64,000 nt of DNA from Escherichia phage vB_EcoM-CHD94UKE2. Location: sequence record MZ234031.1; one strand, given 5' to 3'. The position numbers and the translations under genes were made by a program. Below, piece by piece: positions 28,442 to 37,301 of this stretch (position 1 is its first letter; each line of letters begins with the position of its first letter). The notes under the pieces are model-generated. The model made no database searches. It was not told where the DNA came from and saw nothing but the letters and a program-made list of their open reading frames with translations.

Positions 28442-28587
28442 AAAGCAAAATTATAGCAGTGTTGCTTTTAATCTTGATGGTTATAATAAGTATATACTAT
28501 AGTGTAACGGTTCCTCTTATGATTCCAACTATTATTTTAGGTTGGAGTTTATTACTGTTACAAATTAAATATGAATGCATCAATTGA
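28438..28587 (+). CDS. small membrane protein (49 aa)
   Basis: ATGA overlap with imm stop; hydrophobic. Confidence 0.35.
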   Translation: MKSKIIAVLLLILMVIISIYYSVTVPLMIPTIILGWSLLLLQIKYECIN

Positions 28588-28594
28588 GGTTTAA

Positions 28595-29335
28595 ATGATT
28601 AACGATTATATGACAGTTGAAGAAATCCGTCTTGATTTGGGTCTTGCATTAAAGGAAAAAGATTTCGTAATTGATAAAACCGGGGTTAAAACTATTGAAA
28701 TTATTGGTGCATCATTTGTAGCAGATGAACCTTTTATTTTTGGCGCTCTTAATGATGAATACATTCAGCGTGAACTTGAATGGTATAAATCTAAGAGCTT
28801 GTTCGTTAAAGATATTCCAGGTGAAACACCGAAGATTTGGCAGCAGGTAGCATCTTCTAAAGGCGAAATTAACTCGAATTATGGTTGGGCTATCTGGTCA
28901 GAAGATAACTATGCTCAGTATGATATGTGTTTAGCTGAACTTGGTCAAAATCCTGATTCTCGACGTGGTATCATGATTTATACTCGTCCATCCATGCAAT
29001 TTGACTACAATAAAGATGGTATGTCAGATTTCATGTGTACGAATACAGTACAGTACCTGATTCGTGATAAGAAAGTCAATGCAGTAGTAAGCATGCGCTC
29101 AAATGACGTGGTCTTCGGATTCCGTAATGATTATGCATGGCAAAAATACGTATTAGATAAATTAGTATCTGATTTGAATGCAGGCGATTCAACTCGTCAG
29201 TATAAAGCAGGTTCTATTATATGGAATGTTGGAAGTCTTCATGTATATTCTCGTCATTTTTACTTGGTTGATCATTGGTGGAATACTGGCGAAACTCATA
29301 TTGTGAAAAAAGATTATAACGGTGAGTGGAAATGA
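28595..29335 (+). CDS. 42: dCMP hydroxymethylase gp42
   Basis: 246 aa, matches T4 gp42 by recall. Confidence 0.9.
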   Translation: MINDYMTVEEIRLDLGLALKEKDFVIDKTGVKTIEIIGASFVADEPFIFGALNDEYIQRELEWYKSKSLFVKDIPGETPKIWQQVASSKGEINSNYGWAIWSEDNYAQYDMCLAELGQNPDSRRGIMIYTRPSMQFDYNKDGMSDFMCTNTVQYLIRDKKVNAVVSMRSNDVVFGFRNDYAWQKYVLDKLVSDLNAGDSTRQYKAGSIIWNVGSLHVYSRHFYLVDHWWNTGETHIVKKDYNGEWK

Positions 29336-30174
29336 TTCAATTCGTAATTCCAAGCTATCAACGCGTAGGGGCAGTTTCTGCCCTTGATATGTTTCCGACT
29401 GATTATGAACCACATATTGTAGTGCGTGAACACGAAGAAAAAGCTTATTATGATGCTTATGGGTCTAGAGCTAAAATTGTAACTATTCCTGATGATGTTA
29501 ATGGAATTGCCGGTACTCGTAAAGCAATTACTGATATGTATGCAGGTCAACGAATCTGGATGATTGATGATGATACTACTATTCGTATGAGTTCAATACG
29601 AAAGAGAGACGATAAACGGCGCGTAGATAAAATTAATCAATTAACTCGTGAACAGTTCTATGAATTAATTCAATACGTTGAGGATGCTATGGATTGCGGG
29701 TATTATCACGGTCATGCTCGTCTACCAATTTTTAAAATTACTTCATCTTGGGGTAATTATCGTGAAAACTCATATGGATTCACGAATACATGGTATGACC
29801 TCGGAAAACTTACGACAGAACAAATTGGGTATGGAAAAATTGATTTATGTGAAGATATGTACGCATTTCTCAATTTAATTAATCAAGGTTATCCGCATTT
29901 GGCCTTGTTCAAATATCTAGTTGTATCTGGAAAATCACACGCTCCCGGCGGGTGCAGTTCAATTCGTAGTAATTCTAAACATAATAGAGCGCTTGAACAA
30001 ATCAATAGAGAGTTTCCAGAGCAAGCTCGTTGGAAAACTTCTAATATTGAAAAACGAAAATCGTTGGGTGAAGAAGACGAGCCATTAAAGGTTCTTCGCA
30101 TGTGTGTTTCTCGTAAAGAAAAATCAGAAGCATTTCATAAGTTTAATGCTATTCATCCAATAGCAGTTGATTAA
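29332..30174 (+). CDS. glycosyltransferase with DxD motif (possibly beta-glucosyl-HMC alpha-glucosyltransferase-like), not T4 beta-gt
   Basis: 280 aa, RIWMIDDDTTI motif; occupies the slot between 42 and uvsX. Confidence 0.5.
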   Translation: MIQFVIPSYQRVGAVSALDMFPTDYEPHIVVREHEEKAYYDAYGSRAKIVTIPDDVNGIAGTRKAITDMYAGQRIWMIDDDTTIRMSSIRKRDDKRRVDKINQLTREQFYELIQYVEDAMDCGYYHGHARLPIFKITSSWGNYRENSYGFTNTWYDLGKLTTEQIGYGKIDLCEDMYAFLNLINQGYPHLALFKYLVVSGKSHAPGGCSSIRSNSKHNRALEQINREFPEQARWKTSNIEKRKSLGEEDEPLKVLRMCVSRKEKSEAFHKFNAIHPIAVD

Positions 30175-30251
30175 TGCCTAAATTTATTGTGTTATAATTA
30201 CTCTATCTTTAACCAGTGAGGAAAATATAATGATGCCTATGGAAAAAATGA

Positions 30252-31433
30252 ATGTCTATTGCAGATTTAAAATCCCGTTTGATTAAAGCTTCCACTTCTA
30301 AAATGACTGCTGAGCTGACTACATCTAAATTCTTTAATGAAAAGGATGTAATTCGTACAAAAATTCCAATGCTTAATATTGCTATTTCTGGTGCGATTGA
30401 TGGTGGTATGCAGTCTGGTTTAACTATTTTCGCAGGGCCTTCTAAACACTTTAAATCAAATATGTCTTTGACTATGGTTGCGGCGTATTTGAACAAATAT
30501 CCTGACGCGGTTTGTCTATTCTATGATAGCGAATTTGGTATTACTTCAGCTTATTTGCGATCCATGGGAGTTGATCCGGAACGTGTAATTCATACACCAA
30601 TCCAGTCAGTTGAACAGCTGAAAATTGATATGGTGAATCAGCTTGAAGCTATTGAGCGTGGTGAAAAAGTTATTGTATTCATCGACTCAATTGGTAATAT
30701 GGCTTCTAAGAAAGAAACGGAAGATGCCTTGAATGAAAAATCTGTGGCAGATATGACTCGTGCTAAATCACTGAAGTCATTATTCCGTATTGTTACTCCT
30801 TATTTTAGTATTAAAAACATTCCATGTGTTGCGGTTAACCACACAATTGAAACAATTGAAATGTTTAGTAAGACCGTGATGACAGGTGGTACAGGCGTAA
30901 TGTATTCGGCTGATACTGTATTCATTATCGGTAAGCGTCAGATTAAAGATGGTTCTGATCTTCAGGGGTATCAATTTGTTCTAAATGTAGAAAAATCTCG
31001 TACCGTTAAAGAAAAAAGTAAATTCTTTATTGATGTTAAATTTGACGGTGGCATCGATCCTTATTCTGGATTGTTAGATATGGCTCTAGAATTAGGATTT
31101 GTAGTAAAACCTAAGAATGGTTGGTATGCTCGTGAATTTCTTGACGAAGAAACCGGTGAGATGATTCGCGAAGAAAAATCTTGGCGTGCAAAAGATACCA
31201 ACTGCACTACATTCTGGGGTCCTTTATTTAAGCATCAACCATTCCGAGATGCTATTAAACGTGCTTATCAGTTAGGTGCTATTGATAGTAATGAAATTGT
31301 TGAAGCTGAAGTTGATGAATTGATTAACTCAAAGGTTGAAAAATTTAAATCTCTAGAAAGTAAAAGTAAATCAGCTGCTGATTTAGAAACTGACCTCGAG
31401 CAGTTAAGTGATATGGAAGAATTTAATGAATAA
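30252..31433 (+). CDS. uvsX: recombinase UvsX (RecA-like)
   Basis: 393 aa, Walker A GPSKHFKS. Confidence 0.95.
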   Translation: MSIADLKSRLIKASTSKMTAELTTSKFFNEKDVIRTKIPMLNIAISGAIDGGMQSGLTIFAGPSKHFKSNMSLTMVAAYLNKYPDAVCLFYDSEFGITSAYLRSMGVDPERVIHTPIQSVEQLKIDMVNQLEAIERGEKVIVFIDSIGNMASKKETEDALNEKSVADMTRAKSLKSLFRIVTPYFSIKNIPCVAVNHTIETIEMFSKTVMTGGTGVMYSADTVFIIGKRQIKDGSDLQGYQFVLNVEKSRTVKEKSKFFIDVKFDGGIDPYSGLLDMALELGFVVKPKNGWYAREFLDEETGEMIREEKSWRAKDTNCTTFWGPLFKHQPFRDAIKRAYQLGAIDSNEIVEAEVDELINSKVEKFKSLESKSKSAADLETDLEQLSDMEEFNE

Positions 31434-31770
31434 AGATGATTTAGACTTAGATCTAGAAATTATCGATGAATCCCCCTCTTCGGAGGGGGAAGAAGAAAGA
31501 AAAGAACGTCTTTTTAATGAGTCTCTTAAGATAATTAAATCTGCTATGGAAAATGTTATCCAGGAGATTGTCATTAAACTAGAAGATGGTTCTACACATA
31601 TAGTGTATGTAACTAAACTGGATTGGGTTGATGGAAAGGTTGTAATGGACTTTGCTGTTCTTGACCAAGAAAGAAAAGCTGAGTTAGCTCCTCATGTAGA
31701 AAAATGTATTACAATGCAACTGCAAGATGCATTTAATAAAAGGTCAAAGAAAAAATTTAAATTCTTTTAA
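31426..31770 (+). CDS. 40: head vertex assembly protein gp40 (by position)
   Basis: ATG 31426 overlapping uvsX stop; between uvsX and 41. Confidence 0.55.
   Translation: MNKDDLDLDLEIIDESPSSEGEEERKERLFNESLKIIKSAMENVIQEIVIKLEDGSTHIVYVTKLDWVDGKVVMDFAVLDQERKAELAPHVEKCITMQLQDAFNKRSKKKFKFF
31472..31489 (+). other. stable UUCG-tetraloop hairpin inside gene 40 coding sequence
   Basis: CCCCCTC-TTCG-GAGGGGG, no downstream T-run. Confidence 0.6.
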
Positions 31771-31779
31771 GGAGTAAGT

Positions 31780-33207
31780 GTGGTAGAAATTATTCTTTCT
31801 CATCTCATATTTGATCAAGCTTATTTTTCAAAAGTTTGGCCATATATGGATTCAGAATATTTTGAAAGTGGTCCAGCTAAAAATACATTCAAATTAATTA
31901 AATCTCATGTCAATGAGTATCATAGCGTTCCATCTATTAATGCGTTAAATGTTGCATTAGAAAATAGTTCATTTACTGAAACAGAATATTCTGGTGTAAA
32001 AACACTTATTTCAAAACTAGCTGATTCTCCGGAAGACCACAGCTGGTTAGTAAAAGAAACAGAAAAATATGTTCAGCAAAGGGCGATGTTTAATGCTACG
32101 TCTAAAATAATCGAAATTCAAACTAATGCTGAGCTTCCTCCGGAAAAACGAAATAAGAAAATGCCAGATGTAGGTGCTATTCCTGACATCATGCGCCAAG
32201 CATTATCAATTTCATTTGATAGTTACGTTGGTCATGATTGGATGGATGACTACGAAGCACGCTGGCTATCTTATATGAATAAAGCTCGTAAAGTTCCATT
32301 TAAACTCAGAATTCTAAACAAAATTACGAAAGGCGGAGCTGAAACTGGAACACTGAACGTTTTAATGGCTGGCGTTAACGTTGGTAAGTCATTAGGTCTG
32401 TGTTCATTGGCAGCAGATTATTTGCAGCTCGGACATAATGTTCTTTACATTTCCATGGAAATGGCAGAAGAAGTCTGTGCTAAGCGTATTGACGCTAACA
32501 TGCTTGATGTTTCTCTTGATGACATTGATGATGGGCATATTTCTTACGCTGAGTATAAAGGAAAAATGGAAAAATGGCGTGAGAAATCTACTCTCGGCCG
32601 TTTAATCGTTAAACAGTATCCTACTGGTGGAGCAGATGCTAATACATTTCGGTCGCTTTTAAATGAATTAAAGCTCAAGAAGAATTTTGTTCCAACAATC
32701 ATTATTGTTGACTATCTAGGTATTTGTAAATCTTGCCGCATTAGAGTTTATTCAGAAAATAGTTACACAACTGTTAAAGCCATCGCAGAAGAATTGCGTG
32801 CTCTGGCTGTTGAAACTGAAACTGTTCTTTGGACTGCAGCACAGGTTGGTAAACAAGCTTGGGACTCTTCCGATGTTAACATGAGTGATATCGCAGAATC
32901 TGCTGGTCTTCCAGCGACAGCTGATTTTATGCTTGCGGTCATTGAAACCGAGGAGTTAGCAGCTGCTGAACAACAACTCATTAAGCAAATCAAATCACGA
33001 TATGGTGATAAGAATAAATGGAATAAGTTTTTGATGGGTGTTCAAAAAGGAAATCAGAAATGGGTAGAAATTGAACAAGATTCTACTCCAACTGAAGTGA
33101 ACGAAGTAGCAGGTTCACAACAGATTCAGGCTGAACAGAATCGCTATCAAAGAAACGAATCGACTCGAGCTCAGTTAGATGCTTTGGCGAATGAATTAAA
33201 ATTTTAG
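31780..33207 (+). CDS. 41: replicative helicase gp41 (DnaB-like)
   Basis: 475 aa, GTG start 5 nt after AAGGAG, Walker A GVNVGKS. Confidence 0.95.
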   Translation: MVEIILSHLIFDQAYFSKVWPYMDSEYFESGPAKNTFKLIKSHVNEYHSVPSINALNVALENSSFTETEYSGVKTLISKLADSPEDHSWLVKETEKYVQQRAMFNATSKIIEIQTNAELPPEKRNKKMPDVGAIPDIMRQALSISFDSYVGHDWMDDYEARWLSYMNKARKVPFKLRILNKITKGGAETGTLNVLMAGVNVGKSLGLCSLAADYLQLGHNVLYISMEMAEEVCAKRIDANMLDVSLDDIDDGHISYAEYKGKMEKWREKSTLGRLIVKQYPTGGADANTFRSLLNELKLKKNFVPTIIIVDYLGICKSCRIRVYSENSYTTVKAIAEELRALAVETETVLWTAAQVGKQAWDSSDVNMSDIAESAGLPATADFMLAVIETEELAAAEQQLIKQIKSRYGDKNKWNKFLMGVQKGNQKWVEIEQDSTPTEVNEVAGSQQIQAEQNRYQRNESTRAQLDALANELKF

Positions 33208-33236
33208 TTTACAAGCTGACAAGACTATGGTATAGT
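33207..33236 (+). promoter_or_regulatory. T4-type early promoter (GTTTAC-N18-TATAGT)
   Basis: -35 33207-33212, -10 33231-33236. Confidence 0.5.
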
Positions 33237-33265
33237 AGTCTTGTTGGTTAAATGAGGAGATTGTT

Positions 33266-33448
33266 ATGGAATTGGTAAAGGTAGTTTTTATGGGGTGGTT
33301 TAAGAATGAAAGCACGTTTACTAAAGAAACCACAATGATGAAAGATGACGTTCAATGGGCTACTACTCAGTATGCTGAAGTTAATAAAGCATTAGTTAAA
33401 GCTTTCATTGATGACAAGAAAGTATGTGAAGTGGATTGCCGAGGATAA
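33266..33448 (+). CDS. dmd: Dmd (discriminator of mRNA degradation; antitoxin against RnlA/LsoA)
   Basis: 60 aa, MELVKVVFMGWFKNES... Confidence 0.8.
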   Translation: MELVKVVFMGWFKNESTFTKETTMMKDDVQWATTQYAEVNKALVKAFIDDKKVCEVDCRG

Positions 33449-33449
33449 T

Positions 33450-33707
33450 ATGCATATTGTTTTATTTAAACCTACTCCGTATAACGTCAGGAAAAATACA
33501 CAATTCAAAGCACTTATTGCCGATACGTGGGAATTGGTGTTAGATATTCCAGCAGAAGAAAGTCCTCCATTTGGTCGAGTGGAATTTATTAAGTTTGCTG
33601 TTCGCCCTACGAAGCGGCAGATTCGTCAGTGTAAAAGGTATTTTCGTAAGATCGTTAAGCTAGAGAAACAGTTTGTAACATGTGATTACGCAAAAGTTTT
33701 AAAATAA
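33450..33707 (+). CDS. hypothetical protein (85 aa)
   Basis: ATG 33450 after GAGGA. Confidence 0.45.
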   Translation: MHIVLFKPTPYNVRKNTQFKALIADTWELVLDIPAEESPPFGRVEFIKFAVRPTKRQIRQCKRYFRKIVKLEKQFVTCDYAKVLK

Positions 33708-33765
33708 CTGTTTACTTTTATTGGAAATTGAGATACTATAAACATAAACTACTGAGGAGATTATC

Positions 33766-34059
33766 ATGAAAAAATTTATCTTTGCTACAATTTTTGCTTT
33801 AGCTTCTTGTGCTGCTCAGCCTGCTATGGCAGGTTATGATAAAGATTTGTGCGAATGGTCTATGACTGCGGATCAGACTGAGGTTGAAACTCAAATTGAA
33901 GCAGATATTATGAATATCGTTGAGCGTGATCGTCCTGAAATGAAAGCTGAAGTGCAAAAACAGCTTAAGTCTGGTGGTGTAATGCAGTATAATTACGTTC
34001 TGTATTGTGATAAAAACTTTAATAATAAAAATATCATCGCTGAAGTGGTAGGTGAATAA
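33766..34059 (+). CDS. sp: Spackle periplasmic protein
   Basis: 97 aa, signal peptide MKKFIFATIFALASCAAQPAMA. Confidence 0.75.
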   Translation: MKKFIFATIFALASCAAQPAMAGYDKDLCEWSMTADQTEVETQIEADIMNIVERDRPEMKAEVQKQLKSGGVMQYNYVLYCDKNFNNKNIIAEVVGE

Positions 34060-34071
34060 TTAGAGGCTAAT

Positions 34072-34236
34072 ATGAAAACGTTTAAAGAATTTATCAAAGA
34101 AGATATGGTCGCTGGAGATTCAGGTGGTAGTCCTGAAAATATCTCTACTGGAACAACGTCAGGCGCTGTAGTAAATAAAGGTCCTGAACAGATTCCTAAA
34201 AAGAAAAAAGAGGAATCTAAAGAAAAAGAAGAGTAA
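34072..34236 (+). CDS. hypothetical protein (54 aa), Lys/Glu-rich tail
   Basis: short ORF found by reading. Confidence 0.35.
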   Translation: MKTFKEFIKEDMVAGDSGGSPENISTGTTSGAVVNKGPEQIPKKKKEESKEKEE

Positions 34237-34238
34237 AA

Positions 34239-35267
34239 ATGTCATCAATACCTTGGATTGATAATGAGTTTGCATACCGTGCATTAGCTCATTTACCTAA
34301 ATTCACACAAGTAAATAATAGTTCAACTTTTAAATTACGGTTTAGATGCCCAGTTTGTGGAGATTCAAAAACCGACCAGAATAAAGCCCGTGGATGGTAT
34401 TATGGTGATAATAATGAAGGAAATATTCATTGTTATAACTGTAACTATCATGCACCAATCGGAATATATTTAAAGGAGTTTGAACCTGATTTATATCGTG
34501 AGTATATCTTTGAAATAAGAAAAGAAAAAGGTAAAAGTCGTCCAGTAGAAAAACCTAAAGAACTTCCTAAACAACCTGAGAAGAAAATAATTAAATCTCT
34601 TCCGTCATGTGTTAGATTAGATAAACTGGCGGAAGACCATCCAATTATAAAATATGTAAAAGCTCGTTGTATTCCAAAGGATAAATGGAAATATCTTTGG
34701 TTTACAACCGAATGGCCTAAATTAGTTAATAGCATAGCACCGGGAACATATAAAAAGGAAATTTCTGAGCCTCGTCTTGTTATTCCAATTTATAATGCTA
34801 ATGGAAAAGCTGAGTCTTTTCAAGGACGCGCATTAAAGAAAGATGCTCCTCAAAAATATATCACCATCAAAGCTTATCCTGAAGCAACAAAAATTTATGG
34901 AGTCGAACGAGTTAAAGATGGTGATGTATATGTTCTAGAAGGACCTATAGATTCACTTTTTATTGAAAATGGTATAGCTATTACGGGTGGTCAATTAGAC
35001 CTAGAAGTTGTTCCATTTAAAGATAGACGAGTGTGGGTTTTAGATAATGAACCTCGTCACCCTGACACTATTAAACGAATGACTAAATTAGTTGATGCAG
35101 GAGAAAGGGTTATGTTTTGGGATAAATCTCCCTGGAAATCAAAAGATGTTAATGATATGATTAGAAAGGAAGGTGCAACCACTGAACAAATTATGGAATA
35201 TATGAAAAATAATATTGCCCAGGGGTTAATGGCTAAAATGCGGCTATCTAAATATGCTAAGATTTAA
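34239..35267 (+). CDS. 61: DNA primase gp61
   Basis: 342 aa, zinc ribbon CPVCGDS...CYNCNYH. Confidence 0.95.
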   Translation: MSSIPWIDNEFAYRALAHLPKFTQVNNSSTFKLRFRCPVCGDSKTDQNKARGWYYGDNNEGNIHCYNCNYHAPIGIYLKEFEPDLYREYIFEIRKEKGKSRPVEKPKELPKQPEKKIIKSLPSCVRLDKLAEDHPIIKYVKARCIPKDKWKYLWFTTEWPKLVNSIAPGTYKKEISEPRLVIPIYNANGKAESFQGRALKKDAPQKYITIKAYPEATKIYGVERVKDGDVYVLEGPIDSLFIENGIAITGGQLDLEVVPFKDRRVWVLDNEPRHPDTIKRMTKLVDAGERVMFWDKSPWKSKDVNDMIRKEGATTEQIMEYMKNNIAQGLMAKMRLSKYAKI

Positions 35268-35464
35268 ATTAACCCAACTAAAGCAAATGCTAAATCTACG
35301 AATGTATCAAGAGTAACTACTGGAATACTAACGCCATGAGCAATAGCAACTGGCGATAAAACAAAATTCCAAAGTAAAATTCCTATCATAGCAGTAATAG
35401 TAAAAGCTATACGTTTCTTATTACCTTTTATGGCATTAACAAGTGCCATTAATTTTTGTACCAT
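35264..35464 (-). CDS. small hydrophobic protein (66 aa), convergent to gene 61
   Basis: minus-strand ORF with AGGAGG 4 nt upstream of ATG; not overlapped by a plus-strand gene. Confidence 0.5.
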   Translation of the reverse strand: MVQKLMALVNAIKGNKKRIAFTITAMIGILLWNFVLSPVAIAHGVSIPVVTLDTFVDLAFALVGLI

Positions 35465-35537
35465 ATGTCCTCCTTATTGCTTTATATATTTATTGTATAA
35501 TTAATCTACTAACCCATGAATTGAAAGGAAAAATAAC

Positions 35538-36053
35538 ATGCCACATTTCAACGAATGTAGTCAACTGATCGAAGGCGCTGATAAAGCTCAAAATGAATAT
35601 TGGGATATTCTCGGTGATGAAAAAGACCCGCTGCAGGTAATGCTTGATATGCAGAAATCTTTACAGATTCGTTTAGCAAATGACCGCGAATACTGTTATC
35701 ATCCAGATAAATTAGAAACTGCCGGTGATGTTGTTTCTTGGATGCGTGAACAAAAAGACTGTATTGATGATGAATTCCGCGAACTTCTGACTTCTCTTGG
35801 TGAAATGTCACGTGGTGAAAAAGATGCATCGGCAGTTTGGAAAAAATGGAAAGCACGTTATATTGAAGCGCAAGAAAAACGCATTGATGAAATGTCCCCA
35901 GAAGATCAGCTCGAAATTAAATTTGAGCTTGTGGATATATTTCATTTCGTATTAAATATGTTTGCTGGCCTTGGAATGAATGCGGAAGAAATCTTTAAAC
36001 TTTATTATTTGAAAAATAAACATAATTTTGAACGTCAAGATAATGGGTATTAA
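35538..36053 (+). CDS. 56: dCTPase/dCTP pyrophosphatase gp56
   Basis: 171 aa, matches T4 gp56 by recall. Confidence 0.85.
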   Translation: MPHFNECSQLIEGADKAQNEYWDILGDEKDPLQVMLDMQKSLQIRLANDREYCYHPDKLETAGDVVSWMREQKDCIDDEFRELLTSLGEMSRGEKDASAVWKKWKARYIEAQEKRIDEMSPEDQLEIKFELVDIFHFVLNMFAGLGMNAEEIFKLYYLKNKHNFERQDNGY

Positions 36054-36717
36054 ACAAAAATTTTATAGAACATATATCGTAAAAGTTAGGACGCCGAAAG
36101 GCGTCTTTTGGTACGCTGGGAAACATGAATCATTTATTGTAAATCCATATGATGATAAATATCCGGGGTCAGGCAAAATACTATGGAACATATATCGTAA
36201 GTATGGTTTTAATTATAAAATACGTTGGTCAAAATGCCATGGTTCTAGAGAAAAATCATATGAAGTTGAACGCGAGCTAATATCTGCATTAAAACGTAAA
36301 CACCCAGATACTTGCATTAATATTTCTCCTGGTGGTCAGGGTGGAGAAGGAAGAAAATGGACTGAGCAACAACGATTAGAACATAAACTTAGATTAAACA
36401 ATCCTGAAACAAAAACTCGGATGAAGAATTCACAACGTATAGCCCAAAATAGAGCAGAACGAAAAGCTCGGCAATCTGAAGTAATGAAAAAGTTTTATTC
36501 GAATGGCGGAAATAAAAAGATTTCAGAAGGAACTTCAAGGGCGCAAAGAAAAGCGCCGCATTGGCATGAACCGCTTAAAAGCGAAATACATGAGTTATGG
36601 GTTTCTTTAGGTAAACCAGCAACAGGCCCGGTTGTAAAGGCGCTTAAAGGAAAATATGATGTAACAAGTTCAGCTCTTAAGAATTTAATTTACTTATTCA
36701 GAAAAGAAGATGTATAA
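36043..36717 (+). CDS. degenerate GIY-YIG endonuclease-like protein (SegF-like by position and size)
   Basis: 224 aa from ATG 36043; YPGSGKILWNIYRKYG resembles YMGSGTLIRAALLKYG of the 10820 GIY-YIG protein. Confidence 0.55.
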   Translation: MGIKQKFYRTYIVKVRTPKGVFWYAGKHESFIVNPYDDKYPGSGKILWNIYRKYGFNYKIRWSKCHGSREKSYEVERELISALKRKHPDTCINISPGGQGGEGRKWTEQQRLEHKLRLNNPETKTRMKNSQRIAQNRAERKARQSEVMKKFYSNGGNKKISEGTSRAQRKAPHWHEPLKSEIHELWVSLGKPATGPVVKALKGKYDVTSSALKNLIYLFRKEDV

Positions 36718-36720
36718 ATA
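36713..36720 (+). promoter_or_regulatory. late promoter TATAAATA upstream of soc
   Basis: exact TATAAATA 31 nt before soc ATG. Confidence 0.7.
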
Positions 36721-36750
36721 ATCATGTAATTTAAATAAAAGGAGAATTAC

Positions 36751-36996
36751 ATGGCTAGTACTCGCGGTTATGTTAATATTAAAACATTTGAGCAGAAATT
36801 AGATGGAAATAAGAAAATTGAAGGAAAGGAAATTTCTGTAGCTTTCCCTCTTTATTCTGACGTTCACAAAATTTCTGGTGCTCATTACCAGACGTTCCCT
36901 TCAGAAAAAGCAGCATATACTACTGTATATGAAGAAAATCAGCGTACTGAATGGATTGCTGCAAACGAAGATTTGTGGAAAGTAACTGGTGGTTAA
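36751..36996 (+). CDS. soc: small outer capsid protein Soc
   Basis: 81 aa, MASTRGYVNIKTFEQKLDGNKKIEGKEISVAFPLYSDVHK... Confidence 0.95.
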   Translation: MASTRGYVNIKTFEQKLDGNKKIEGKEISVAFPLYSDVHKISGAHYQTFPSEKAAYTTVYEENQRTEWIAANEDLWKVTGG

Positions 36997-37003
36997 TAAT
37001 TCA

Positions 37004-37028
37004 AGGACTCCTTCGGGAGTCCTTTTTT
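37004..37028 (+). terminator. intrinsic terminator
   Basis: AGGACTCC-TTCG-GGAGTCCT + T6. Confidence 0.75.
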
Positions 37029-37038
37029 CATTTAAATG

Positions 37039-37068
37039 GTTTACTTTCCAAAATGAGTATGGTATAAT
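37039..37068 (+). promoter_or_regulatory. T4-type early promoter (GTTTAC-N18-TATAAT)
   Basis: -35 37039-37044, -10 37063-37068. Confidence 0.6.
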
Positions 37069-37094
37069 AGAATTATCTTATAGAGGAGAGCGCT

Positions 37095-37301
37095 ATGTTA
37101 AATCGTTGGATTAAACCGAATGAAGATTTAGATATTATCATTTCACGACACGTAATGAAGAAATATGAATTGCAACCATGGTCTACAGAAGTTGTTGTGC
37201 ATTCATTTATGATGTACGCAGATGGTTCTGTTGAATTTAATGCAGAGATTCGATACGATTATGGCGAGAAGCAAGTTGAATTCAAAAGAGGCTTTTTGTA
37301 A
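37095..37301 (+). CDS. hypothetical protein (68 aa)
   Basis: GAGGAG SD. Confidence 0.45.
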   Translation: MLNRWIKPNEDLDIIISRHVMKKYELQPWSTEVVVHSFMMYADGSVEFNAEIRYDYGEKQVEFKRGFL

